A stretch of DNA of 37,085 bases from Reclinomonas americana ATCC 50394 (taxonomy: Eukaryota). The stretch lies in assembly GCA_048213135.1 (NCBI GenBank), contig PS015035.1, positions 147,146 to 184,230 of the forward strand. The letters are read 5' to 3'. Below the pieces are notes generated by a model. That model had not been told where the DNA came from. It searched no databases and was given only the letters and a program-made list of their open reading frames with translations. The position numbers were made by a program, and so were the translations under genes. Positions 1 to 12,500 of this stretch are shown here, piece by piece. The number at the start of each line of letters is the position of its first letter. The stretch's first letter is position 1.

Positions 1-546
1 GACTCTAACGTGTTCCTGGCCGAGGTGTTCAAGGTCCTGTATCAGATCTCCACCGTGGAGAAGAACCGAGCCACTTTCCGTCGTCTCGGCGGTTTGCCGT
101 ACTTGCTTCGTGCGCTTGAGTCGCGGGATGTCGGTCTTTTGCGCGCCGCCGTCAAGAGTGTCTACGTGCTGAGGTTTGTTCCCGTGCGTGCATGCCGGTT
201 GACTGATGGTAGGCGTCGCTCACTCGTTGGTGCACGCAGCATCGATGACGACATTGAGGCGGAGATCTGCCGACTTGGCGGCCTGCGTCGAGTGATTGAT
301 CTCATGACGTCGAACGACTACGAAGTTCAACGCCGTGCCCTGTCATCGCTGTGCAACCTGTCGGTCAACGAGGTCAACAAGGAGGAGATTCGGAGATTAC
401 GTGGCATTGCGCCGGTGGTGCATTTGCTGGAGGTCGGCGACGAGAAAGTCCGTCGCGATGCTGCTCGGTGTGTAATCTGCGTGCACGCTGGTAATGTTAT
501 ACGTGTGTGTGTGTGTGTGCTGACTGTCGCGTGTTACGCAGCGCCC
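1..546 (+). CDS. Armadillo-repeat coding fragment (2 exons and the start of a third); probably a mis-oriented contig of the large ARM/coiled-coil gene
   Basis: Spliced translation gives ARM repeats (EKNRATFRRLGGLPYLLRAL; AEICRLGGLRRVIDLM; NKEEIRRLRGIAPVVHLL). Introns 174-239 (G|GTTTGT...GCTCAC...GCAG) and 468-541. No start or stop; ends at a 20-N gap facing the truncated 3' end of the minus-strand ARM gene. Confidence 0.75.
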
Positions 547-566
547 NNNNNNNNNNNNNNNNNNNN

Positions 567-3500
567 CGGCGACAGGACCTCTGCGCGTTGACGCGTGTTT
601 TGTTTTCAGTCACCAACAACCACAAACGAGCGAGAGAGAGGAAGTGAGATACACGAACCGCCAAGTTGATCAGTGAGGTGCGTGCGCAGCGAGGCCACCA
701 CCTGCTCCACACCGGCATGCACCAAGAACTCGGTCTTGGCCTGCTCGATGGAGCACAAGTTGGCCAGGCAGACGGCGGCGTTGATTTGTGAGTCAGCCTG
801 CCATCGATAAACACATGTTGAGTTGAAAACAAGAGACAAACAAACAATTCACGCCCCGTCGTGCTCGCACAAACCTCACGTGCGGCCAGCAACTCGATGA
901 GGACCTTGACGAGGCCGAGCTTGACCATCTCCGGTCGCGCATCCGCCTCGCTGCTCAGCTCGGCCACAATGGCCAACAACTGCGCACGCAGCATCTGCAT
1001 CGCCTCGGCCGTGGAGGTGACGTGGTGCAGGAAGAGCCGAACGATGCGCGCGACAAAGTTCATCTTCTTGATCAACTGCACCGTCTCCTCGAAGCGCAGC
1101 AATTGCGACACACAGCTGAGGCTCTCCTTCACCGTGTCGGGGTCGCGGGAGGCGACAGCCTGCAAAATGACCGGCAGGCCATTCAAGCGCATCACATCCT
1201 CCGAGAATGTGTCGTGTGCGCAGAAGAAGGTCAGCGACTTGGCGGCGAATCGCGCCGTCACCGTGTCGTTGCTGGACACCGCATTGAGCATCACCGGGAG
1301 GCCACCGAGACGCAAGAACTCGGTCAGGTTCTCCTCTGCAACCACCGTCGACGTGAGACCTCACACATTTTCGACAACAAAGTTCTCAGGCACAGCACAC
1401 ACGACGCACGGTTGATGAGCAAGTTGGAAATGGTGCGCGTGGCATAGCGACGCGTCTCCACGTCGGACAGCTCGAGCACGTGCAGCAGGGCGGGGAGACC
1501 GCCATGTCCGCGAATCTCAATCTTGTTCTTGGCTGCGCGACACAGATCAGACACCAGCGAAGAAACGGAAGCAAGAGGAGCGACACATGAACGTACCATT
1601 GACGGACAGGTTGATCAGAGTGCCCGCAGCGCTGCGTCGCACGTCAATGTCGGGCGAGTGCAGGCACTCAATCACCTCCGGAATGCCGCCGGCTGTGCGA
1701 ATCTCCACACGGTTCTCGGCTGTACCACCAATTATCGTGAGAGGGTGCGACACATCACGACGAAACAACATGGCAGCGTGTGGACGAAACTGTTGATCGA
1801 TAGGACCATCAGTGCTCGAATGGCACCCTTCTTCACTTCCAGATCGTCGGAGCGCAAACAGTCGACAAGCACCGGAATACCACCGGCTTCACGGATTTGC
1901 ACCTTGGTGTTGGCTGCACACTCACGGGTCAGCCACTTTCCCTTTTTTTTCGCGCCCCAACAAACCACCCCACTCTGGCTCACCTGCAAAACTGAGCGAC
2001 CGCAGCGTCTTGACGGCATCACGTCGCAGCAGCTCGTCGTTGCGGAAGCCTGCCAGCTGGATGAGGTACGGCACCACGCCCCGGCCGACGACGAGTCGTT
2101 CGTTCTCGTCGTTGACAGAGAGCGACCGAATCAGTGCCATGGCAGCGAGTCCGACCTCTCGGTTCGGCGGGTCAATCATCACATCCACAGTCGGGTCCAG
2201 GCCGCCCGCCTTGCGAATGTCCTCTTCCGCACCCTCGTCCATGCACAGCACATTGAGGATGCGCAGCGTGTGCTTCTGCACCTCCGGTCCGGTGTGCTGG
2301 ATGAGCGCGGTGAGACGCCGCAGGGCATTGGCCTGGCGAACCTCCGATCGCACCGCCGCTGTTCGATTGTACACACGCGTGTAAGCAGGGGAGCACCATC
2401 AATCACCACCGNNNNNNNNNNNNNNNNNNNNCCACCACCACCACCACCAATTCACACACCTTCCTTGGTGGCCAGCTCAAAGAGCTGCTTCAGCACCACC
2501 TCCAACTCGTCCGTCTCGGCCGTGCGCAGGCGCTGCAGCAGCGACTCGACACGATTGGCCGCGGAGCCGTTGGCCTGCGGAGTGCCCCAGGCGGCCAGCG
2601 GGGCCTTGGTAGTCGGCGGAGTTTCGGGTGCCGCCGCGCCTGCCGAGGCTGCCGCACCAGGCACCACGCCACCGTCGGTGACTGGCGCCGAGGTCGGCCG
2701 GCCGGCTCCGNNNNNNNNNNNNNNNNNNNNNNNNNNNNNNNNNNNNNNNNNNNNNNNNNNNNNNNNNNNNNNNNNNNNNNNNNNNNNNNNNNNNNNNNNN
2801 NNNNNNNNNNNNNNNNNNNNNNNNNNNNNNNNNNNNNNNNNNNNNNNNNNNNNNNNNNNNNNNNNNNNNNNNNNNNNNNNNNNNNNNNNNNNNNNNNNNN
2901 NNNNNNNNNNNNNNNNNNNNNNNNNNNNNNNNNNNNNNNNNNNNNNNNNNNNNNNNNNNNNNNNNNNNNNNNNNNNNNNNNNNNNNNNNNNNNNNNNNNN
3001 NNNNNNNNNNNNNNNNNNNNNNNNNNNNNNNNNNNNNNNNNNNNNNNNNNNNNNNNNNNNNNNNNNNNNNNNNNNNNNNNNNNNNNNNNNNNNNNNNNNN
3101 NNNNNNNNNNNNNNNNNNNNNNNNNNNNNNNNNNNNNNNNNNNNNNNNNNNNNNNNNNNNNNNNNNNNNNNNNNNNNNNNNNNNNNNNNNNNNNNNNNNN
3201 NNNNNNNNNNNNNNNNNNNNNNNNNNNNNNNNNNNNNNNNNNNNNNNNNNNNNNNNNNNNNNNNNNNNNNNNNNNNNNNNNNNNNNNNNNNNNNNNNNNN
3301 NNNNNNNNNNNNNNNNNNNNNNNNNNNNNNNNNNNNNNNNNNNNNNNNNNNNNNNNNNNNNNNNNNNNNNNNNNNNNNNNNNNNNNNNNNNNNNNNNNNN
3401 NNNNNNNNNNNNNNNNNNNNNNNNNNNNNNNNNNNNNNNNNNNNNNNNNNNNNNNNNNNNNNNNNNNNNNNNNNNNNNNNNNNNNNNNNNNNNNNNNNNN

Positions 3501-6500
3501 NNNNNNNNNNNNNNNNNNNNNNNNNNNNNNNNNNNNNNNNNNNNNNNNNNNNNNNNNNNNNNNNNNNNNNNNNNNNNNNNNNNNNNNNNNNNNNNNNNNN
3601 NNNNNNNNNNNNNNNNNNNNNNNNNNNNNNNNNNNNNNNNNNNNNNNNNNNNNNNNNNNNNNNNNNNNNNNNNNNNNNNNNNNNNNNNNNNNNNNNNNNN
3701 NNNNNNNCCGTCGGGAATGCGGGCGCGCGGATCCTTGGTGCGCGCCTGGGCGAGTTCGTCTTGCAGCTTGGTCTTGTCGTCGTGCAGCTTGCGGATAATG
3801 TCGTCCTTGGAGCGAATCACCTGCTCCAGTTCCGCGTACTGTTGCTGGAAGTCGTTCTTCAAGTTCTCCAGATCGGCCTGATGGCGTTGCATTTGCTGCT
3901 CGCGTGCCGTCTCCAGGTACTCGCTCTGTTGCGCCAACTCGCTCTCCAGCAGACGGATCTTCTGCGTTGCCATTTGCGTCTCCGTGCGCACATCCTCGGC
4001 GTGCTGCTCGCGCATGGACACGATCGTGCGCATCAGCTCGTCGCGTTCCTCGGCCCACCGCCGAGTGCGCATCTCCAACTCCTGACGCGCCTGTGTCGCA
4101 AGGAATCAGCCAAGTGGCCGCATATCACAGACACACACACAGAGCACAACTCACATGCGCCAACTCGTCACGCATGCGTGCATTGGTGAGAGCCAGAGTG
4201 CCAGTCTCCTTGTTGGAGAAGGTGTTTTGACGCAAAAGCTCCTCCTCCAGCTGATTGATCTTGACAATGGCCGCTGGGAAGCATCATTTCACCTCACGTC
4301 AGCGACAACAGTGGCAGTAAACACGAGGACACGCGACGACGCACCATCTCGCTCCTCCTTCAACGACTTGGTCAGCGCGTTGGTCTCCTGCTTCTCGGCC
4401 ATGAGCTTGACAAACTCCTTCTCGACCAGGTCGCGGTCCTCGCGCAGCGCCGCCTCCTGGCGGTACCACTCGTGCTGGGCGGCCTCGAACTCCGAAACTG
4501 GCATGAACTGCAGCGTGTCCTCGGCAATGTTGCGCTCCTGCAACACGGCGCTCAGCTTGAGGTGCTGCACGCGCATCTCCTCCTGGTGGTACTCGCTAAT
4601 CTGGTCCAGCTCACGGCGCAGAGACGAGATACGCTCCTGCGCCGACGCCAATTCCTGCAGTGAATTCGAGTGGCGATCCTTGAGTTCGGTCAACTCGACC
4701 GTCAAGCGCTGCGCCTCCACATTCGGCTTCTCCACCGCCAACTGCGCGCGCAGCGACTCCACCTGCGCCTCCAGCTGCTGGTTGTGGGCGGCCAGCGAAT
4801 TAATGTGCCTGCGGGCAAACTCCTCCTGCTTCAACAGCTCGTCCTCCAGCAGGCGCACACGCTCCTCCGAGCTCTTCTCGTGGTCGAGACGGGCCACGAG
4901 CTGACGGTTCACCGTCTCGCGCAGCAGGCCTTNNNNNNNNNNNNNNNNNNNNNNNNNNGCAGTCGCTGCACCTCCGACGCCAAATCCGACGACTTGCGCT
5001 CGTGGTTGGAGGCCGAGTCGAGCTCCTGCAACAGACGGTTCATCTCCCTCTCGAGAGACTCGAAGCGCTGCTGCTGGAACGACTCCTGCTGCTCGATCTC
5101 GCGCTTCAGCATCTCGATCTTCTCGTGCGCACCGTCGCGCGCCGACTCCACTTGCCGGGAGAGCGAGATCTCCAGCTTGGCCTTGTCCAGATTTCTGTGC
5201 GCACATTGTTACAGTCAGCCCATCAGCCGAGGGAAAAAGGGCGAAGCGAGGCGATAGCACTCAACTGCAGAGCATTCATGCGCACAAAGTCCTGATTCAG
5301 CTTGTTGTAGTCGGCCTGCAGCGACTCGTTGAGAGCCTCCAGCTCACGGACACGATCCACNNNNNNNNNNNNNNNNNNNNNNNNNNNNNNNNNNNNNNNN
5401 NNNNNNNNNNNNNNNNNNNNNNNNNNNNNNNNNNNNNNNNNNNNNNNNNNNNNNNNNNNNNNNNNNNNNNNNNNNNNNNNNNNNNNNNNNNNNNNNNNNN
5501 NNNNNNNNNNNNNNNNNNNNNNNNNNNNNNNNNNNNNNNNNNNNNNNNNNNNNNNNNNNNNNNNNNNNNNNNNNNNNNNNNNNNNNNNNNNNNNNNNNNN
5601 NNNNNNNNNNNNNNNNNNNNNNNNNNNNNNNNNNNNNNNNNNNNNNNNNNNNNNNNNNNNNNNNNNNNNNNNNNNNNNNNNNNNNNNNNNNNNNNNNNNN
5701 NNNNNNNNNNNNNNNNNNNNNNNNNNNNNNNNNNNNNNNNNNNNNNNNNNNNNNNNNNNNNNNNNNNNNNNNNNNNNNNNNNNNNNNNNNNNNNNNNNNN
5801 NNNNNNNNNNNNNNNNNNNNNNNNNNNNNNNGAATTGGTCACGCTCAAAGTTGGTGGCCGAGCCGACACGATCAAGCTCCTCCTGCAACTGCAGCACTTT
5901 GATGGCCGCATCGTCGAGCTGCGACAGCCGTCCCGTCAGCTTCTCCACCTCAGATCTGCGTGAAGGAGAGTGGAAATGGTCGTGAGGGCAGGTGTCAAAA
6001 ATCACTGGCGCAACTGCGTCGGTCAGCACACGCAACTTGAGTGCATCTCGTTCCTGGAACATGGCGTCGATCTGCTCCGGCGAGTAGCGTGCCGCCTTGC
6101 GCGTGCTGTTCTTCAGCTGCTGCATCTCGGCATCACGCATCACCAGCTCACGGCGTGCATCCTCCAAGTCCTTGCGCGTGTCGCGCAACTCTGCCAGCAC
6201 CGCCTGGTACGACTGCTCGGCGTGCGTGCTCTGCTTGAACAGCTCGCGCTCGTAGTCGTGGATCTTGTCGGCGGCGGCACGGCCGAGGCTCAGGTCGGCG
6301 GTTTCCTGAAGGCTCTTGTTCTGCCGCTCCAGTCGCTCCACCGTGGCCTCGAGTTCGGCGACACGAGCGAGACGTGCGCTCATCGCATTGCGCTCGTTCT
6401 CAGCACGGGTACGCAGCTCCTCGGACACGGCCAACTTGCTGGCCACGTCGGCCACCTCCGAGTCGGCGTGGCGCGAGATCTTACGAATCTCGTTCTCCAG

Positions 6501-9500
6501 CGCCGTGATGCGGTCGTTCGCCTCGCGATAATCCTTCATCGGCACAGTGCGATCGCGCTCCTCGGCCTCCGTCTGCTGACCCATGGTGTTGCGACGGCGA
6601 GTGCCCTCCTCACCGCGTCGCAGCTGAGCCTCGGCATTCTGCAATGCCACGGTGCTGCACAAAAGAACGGAACGGTGTCAGATGCCAGAAAGACGCATGA
6701 ACGGCGCCCGATTACAAAAAGACTCACCGATCCTGCAGCTCCTCCTGCAACCGCTGCACCTCCTCGCGCATCTGCCGCGACTGGTTCTCAAAGTGCAGAC
6801 CCTGCTTCTCCAGCTCCTCGGTGAGCGTGTAGACCTTCATCGAGGCCTCGGTGCCCTCCTCCTTGGCGTTGGTGCGCAGAATGTGCAGCACATTCTCCAA
6901 GTCGCTGATCTTTTGCGTCAGAGCCAGATTCTCCAGGTTGAGAGTGTGCAGCGCACGATCACTGTTGGCGCGCTGCAGCTCGGCAAACTCGGCTTGCTCC
7001 TGCACACGGGCCTCCTTGTCGTGGGCATGCTGCTGCGCCGCCTCCTTGGCGGCAGCTTGCAGCTCGCGAACTTGCTCTTGCAGATCGTCCAGGTGCTGAT
7101 GGTAGAACTTGCCCTGCTGTGTGAGCTCCTGCTGGACCTCGCGCAACTTGAACTCGGTGGCAGCCTGCTCGGCCTCGGCGCGCTTGCGCGCGTCGTGCAT
7201 CACCGTCAGCTCCTTGCGCATACGGTCGAGCGCCTCGCCCTCCGTCTTGGCACTCAGGAAATCGGCCATCAGGCGTTCGTGGTCGCTGATGGCGCGATCA
7301 CGGTCGCCCTGCGTACCCGACACCTGCCGCTGCAGCGACTCAATCTCCGCGCGCAGCCGGTTCGCCTCCTGCGTGGAAGCCTTGTCGGCCACCACCAACT
7401 CGTGCTCCAACGTCTTGACGCGCTCCTCGGCCAAACGCGACCACTCTGCGTGCTGCGACTGTGCATCGCGCAACGCCGACTGTGACTTGAACAGGTCGCG
7501 CTCGGTTTGAGCTAGCTGCGCTTGCACTTGCTGCAAGAGTCGACGAGTGTTGCGCTCCGAGTCTGTTAGCGTCGCCTCCGATTCCTCGGCCAACTCACGC
7601 ACTTGGCCAATCTGACGCTGCACGTCGCGCTCAGTGGCCGCCAACTCCACCTCCAGCACGCCCACACGACGGGCCGCAGCCGACGCCTCGTCCTCTGCCT
7701 CCTTTCGCACGCGCTCGGCCTTGACCACGCGTTTGCGCTCCTCGGCCAGTTCGTCTTGCGTGCTCTTGAGCTGCATGCGAAAGATGGTAAGCAGCAGCGA
7801 GGTAATCAGGTTGCTTTTGACAAACACACAGCAGGTACCATTTGCTCCAGCGCCTGCACAGCGGCACGCGCCGACGCCACGTCGCCGAGATTGTGCTTCA
7901 GCGAGTCAACCTTGTGCTGCAACTCCGACACCGAGGACTCGCGCGTGGCAGTCTCGACTCGGTTGGCCTTTTCGAGAATCTCGACTTCGCGCTCCAAATG
8001 GCGCACCCGCTCAACGCCAGCATGCTCGCGCTCCACGGCCGAACGCAAGTCACCCCGCAACTTGTCGCGCTCCTGGGTCGCCAGTGCCAGTGCCTCGCGC
8101 GCCCCAATGAGATCGGCATCGGCCTTGCGCAGCTGGGCACGCAGCTCCGGCACAGTGTCTGCGGTGCGACGGGCACCGTCCAGCTCCGACCGCAGCTCCT
8201 CCACCGACTGAGTGAGATTCGACTGCACCGCCAATCCTCGATCGGCCACCAAGTCACGCTCAGAGCGCAACAGCGACAACTCCTCCTCCAGTCGCAGAAT
8301 GTAATCTGCGGCCTCCCGCTCGCGCTCCAGACACTCCAGACGCTGACCCTCGGACGAGTCCTTCAACGCCTGCATGTGCATCAACTGACCCTTCAACGAG
8401 GCAATGGTCTGGAAGTGCTCCTTCTCGCGCTCGGTCGACTGCTTGGCGTTGGCGTCACCGGCCACCACCACGCCAAGTTCGCGGCGCAGCATATCGAGTT
8501 CCTCTGCGTGCGGGTGTCAGACGAATTGTGCTGACAATCTCATGCAAAGTGTGGACGCACCTTGCAGCCCAGCAGCCTCGTTNNNNNNNNNNNNNNNNNN
8601 NNNNNNNNNNNNNNNNNNNNNNNNNNNNNNNNNNNNNNNNNNNNNNNNNNNNNNNNNNNNNNNNNNNNNNNNNNNNNNNNNNNNNNNNNNNNNNNNNNNN
8701 NNNNNNNNNNNNNNNNNNNNNNNNNNNNNNNNNNNNNNNNNNNNNNNNNNNNNNNNNNNNNNNNNNNNNNNNNNNNNNNNCTTCGCCTGTTGCACGACGC
8801 GGGCGGCCTCACGCTCCGAGAGCACCAATTCGTTTTCGAACCGACGAACATGTTCGGCAGCCTCGCGATTCGCCTCCTCCAGCGCCTGCACCTTGCGCTG
8901 CAGCACCGCCATCTCATTCTGCATCACTGTCACCTGCGCATTGCGCTGGGCCAGGGCCTGCGAGCTGGCGTGCATGCTCTTCTCCAACTCCTCCAGGTGC
9001 TTGGCGGCAATGTTGGCACTGGCCAGTTCGCGCCGCAGCTGCGCCGAGTGCGTGTCAAAGTCCACGGCCATGGTCGTGCCGCGGCGGTTGAGCTCATCGC
9101 GCTCCGCTTGCAGCAGGGCCAGCTCACGATCCAACGCCTAGCAGCCAGCAATGGCAAAGTCAGCAATCAAGCAGCGAACACACACACACACACACAGAGA
9201 CAATCATTTTTTCGTGCGCACCATGATCTTTTGCACGCCGGCGGCATCCTGCGCCTCCAAGTGGCGCACACGATCCTGCAGCTTTTGGATCTCGTCGATC
9301 TTGTCCTGCAGCACCTTCTCGCACGCGGCATAGTCCGTCGCCAGTCGACGCACCGTCTGCTCCAAATTCGGCACCTGCTGCGCCTGACGCTCGTGCTCCG
9401 ACAAATGGCCGAGCGACTGGTCAAACACGCGTCGCAGGTTCTCCAGGGACTCGTCGCGGCTTCGCAGTTCGCGTGACGAGGAGGACACAGCCACGTTCAG

Positions 9501-12500
9501 TTCCTGCTCGGCGTGGCGCACACGCTCCACACCGAGGCGCTCACGGTCGAGAGCTGCTGCCAGGTCGGCCTCGAGCTTGGCCACGCGGGCCTTCTCCTGC
9601 TTGAGNNNNNNNNNNNNNNNNNNNNTGCATCCTGCGTGCGTGCCAACTCCTGTTGCAACTCGTTCGCCGTCTTCTCCACCGCAGTGAGCGCGGCACGATG
9701 ACCCTCACCGGCCTCCACCGATGAGCGCATCTGCGCGACCGCCGTCGTCAGGTCGGAGACCTGTCGCTCTCCGCCGCTCAGCGAGGCGTCAAGAACCGAC
9801 AACTCCCGCTGCAGCGCCATGGCACGCTCGCGTGCCGCCTCCTCGCTGGCTGCGGTGCTGGCCAGACGCCGCTCCAACAGCTCCGCCTGTCGCTTGAGGC
9901 CAGACACCTGTTGTTCGCTGGCGTCGCGCTGCCGTTTGAGCTCCTCCACCGAGCTCTCCAGCAGCGCCACACGATGCTCCGCACTGCGCTTGTCGACATT
10001 CAATTCGTCGATACGGCGCTGGATGGCCTCGGCAGGCTCCAGGCGCAGGCGCTCGTTCTCGGCCGCCAACAGCGCCAGCTCCTTGCGCAGCTGCGAGGTG
10101 ACCTGCTGTGCGGCTTCGTCGACCTCGCGCAAGGCCTGCACTTCGGCCTGCAGACGCATGATCTGCGAGTGCTGGTCGTGGGCGAGCTTGTCCTTGGCAA
10201 TCAGCGACTCGCTGTACGAGCGCAGATTGTGCTGCAGCGACTCGAGCGACTGCGACGCCGCGTCGGCGCCCAGTGCTTCGCCGCGAAGCGAGCTCAGCTG
10301 CTGTTGCAGGGTCTGCAGCGCACCGCTCTGCTGCTGCAACTCGGCCTCGGCGTTCTTCTCCAACAACTGCAACTCGACCTCCAGTTGGCGCTTGCGCGCG
10401 GCACCCTGCCGCTCGCGCTCCTCGAGCACCGTCAAGTCGTCACGCAGACGCACGACCTTGGCGCGTTCCGACGCCAGCAAGTCGGCCTGCGACTCGACCT
10501 TGCGCACCAATTTCTGCATCACGACAGTTTTTTTTTCAGTGAACAGCAGCAGTGACACACGGACGGGGGTGAGTGAGGGAAAACAAACCTCGAGCTTGGT
10601 ACCCGGATCGTCGGTCGGGGACACCAGCGTGGCCGGGATGGCCTTGAAATGGCGCTGCCACTGGTCGATTTCCGCGCGCAAGCGGACACCCTCGCGCTCC
10701 TTCTCGTGGCTCAGCTTGGACAGCTCCTCGCGCAGCAACTCCGCCTCCTCTGCCAACGCACGGTTGTAGGCAACGGCCGAAACCTCCATGTCGGTGGCTT
10801 CGGCGAGACGCCTCTCCTTTTTGGTGCGGTCCAACGATGCAGAGGCCACGTTGCGCTCCATGTCGGTCAGTGCCTTGCGCAGTGCCGCAGCATCGTCCTT
10901 GGCCGCCTGCAGCTCCTTCTCCACACCGCCGCTGTGTTGCAGACGATTCTGCAGCTCCGCCAGCTGCTCCTCCAGCTGCGCAATCTGCGTGTTCTTCGTC
11001 GCAGTCACATGCTCAGTCTCCAGTGCGGCCAGGCGGACCTCCTGCTCCAGCAGTCGCATCCGCTCGGCCGACGTGTTCTCACGCTCCGCGCCGCTGGCGA
11101 GTTGCGCGCGCAGCTCGTCAATCATTCGCTGCTTGTCCGTGACATCGCGCTCCAGACGGCCACGTTCCTGCACGAGCCGACGACAACAACGTGANNNNNN
11201 NNNNNNNNNNNNNNNNNNNNNNNNNNNNNNNNNNNNNNNNNNNNNNNNNNNNNNNNNNNNNNNNNNNNNNNNNNNNNNNNNNNNNNNNNNNNNNNNNNNN
11301 NNNNNNNNNNNNNNNNNNNNNNNNNNNNNNNNNNNNNNNNNNNNNNNNNNNNNNNNNNNNNNNNNNNNNNNNNNNNNNNNNNNNNNNNNNNNNNNNNNNN
11401 NNNNNNNNNNNNNNNNNNNNNNNNNNNNNNNNNNNNNNNNNNNNNNATCCCGCATCGCAGGCCCTGCTCTATCAGCAAGAGTTGGCGCAAATGAAGGCGG
11501 CTGCCGATCGACAGCAGTCGTCGCACGACACGGCGCTCGACGAGCTGCGTGCGGCGCTCAATGACTTCCGCTCGCGCGCCGAGCGCGACAAGGCGGAGGA
11601 GGCGCGCAAGCTGGGCGACAAACTCTTGGCGTACACCTCGCACGCCTCCGACAAGGACGCCGAGGTCAATGCCCTCCGACGCGAGTTGGAGGCCACTCGT
11701 CGCTCACTCGCCAACATGGCGGAACGCGAAGAGGTGGCCACGCAAAAGGCACTGCTGGCGGAGAAGGAGCTGCGCCTGTTGCACCAGGTCAGCGCTGCGG
11801 AGCTGGCGGAGCGCGATGGTCAGACCCGCGCCCTCAACCAGGCCGTGGACGACATGAACAGCCGACTGGAGCGCGGCGAAAAGTCGCATGCCACGCTGAC
11901 CGACTTGCAGGCTCACCTGCAGGAATTTGTGAAGCGGGTGGCCTCCAAGGATGCCGAGCTGGCGGCGCTGCGTGGTCAACTGCAGCGTACCGAACTCGAC
12001 CTGGAGGCCAGTCGCGAGCGAGAGGAGGAGGCCTCACGCCGTCTGGCTCTGGCGCAGCGGGAGCTGGCGGCGGTGCACTCGCACACGTCGCGTGCCGAAC
12101 GCGCTGGGCAGGAGGCTCAATCGGAACTGCTGCGTGCGCTGGGTCGCGTGGAGGAGGAGAGCCGCACATCGGCAGTGACCTCGGCGTCGGTGATGGCGCT
12201 GCGTGCCGAAATGGAAAAGCTGTCTGCGGTGCGTTTCTGATTCCCCTTCCCTTTCTCTTGTGCTTTCCCCCNNNNNNNNNNNNNNNNNNNNTCCAGTGCA
12301 CGCGCCGAACCCTCGCGCACCGCAATCTCCTGCTGCAGATTGGCAATCAGCCGCTCCGCGTCCGCCTCGCGCTCGCGAGCCAGTGCCAAGTCCGTCGAGG
12401 CCTGCTCGAGCTTGCCGCGCGTCTCGTCCAGCTCCTGCACCAGCGAGCCAAGGAACTCGTCGTACACGGCAATCTTCTTCACCAGCTCGTCCATGGTCTG

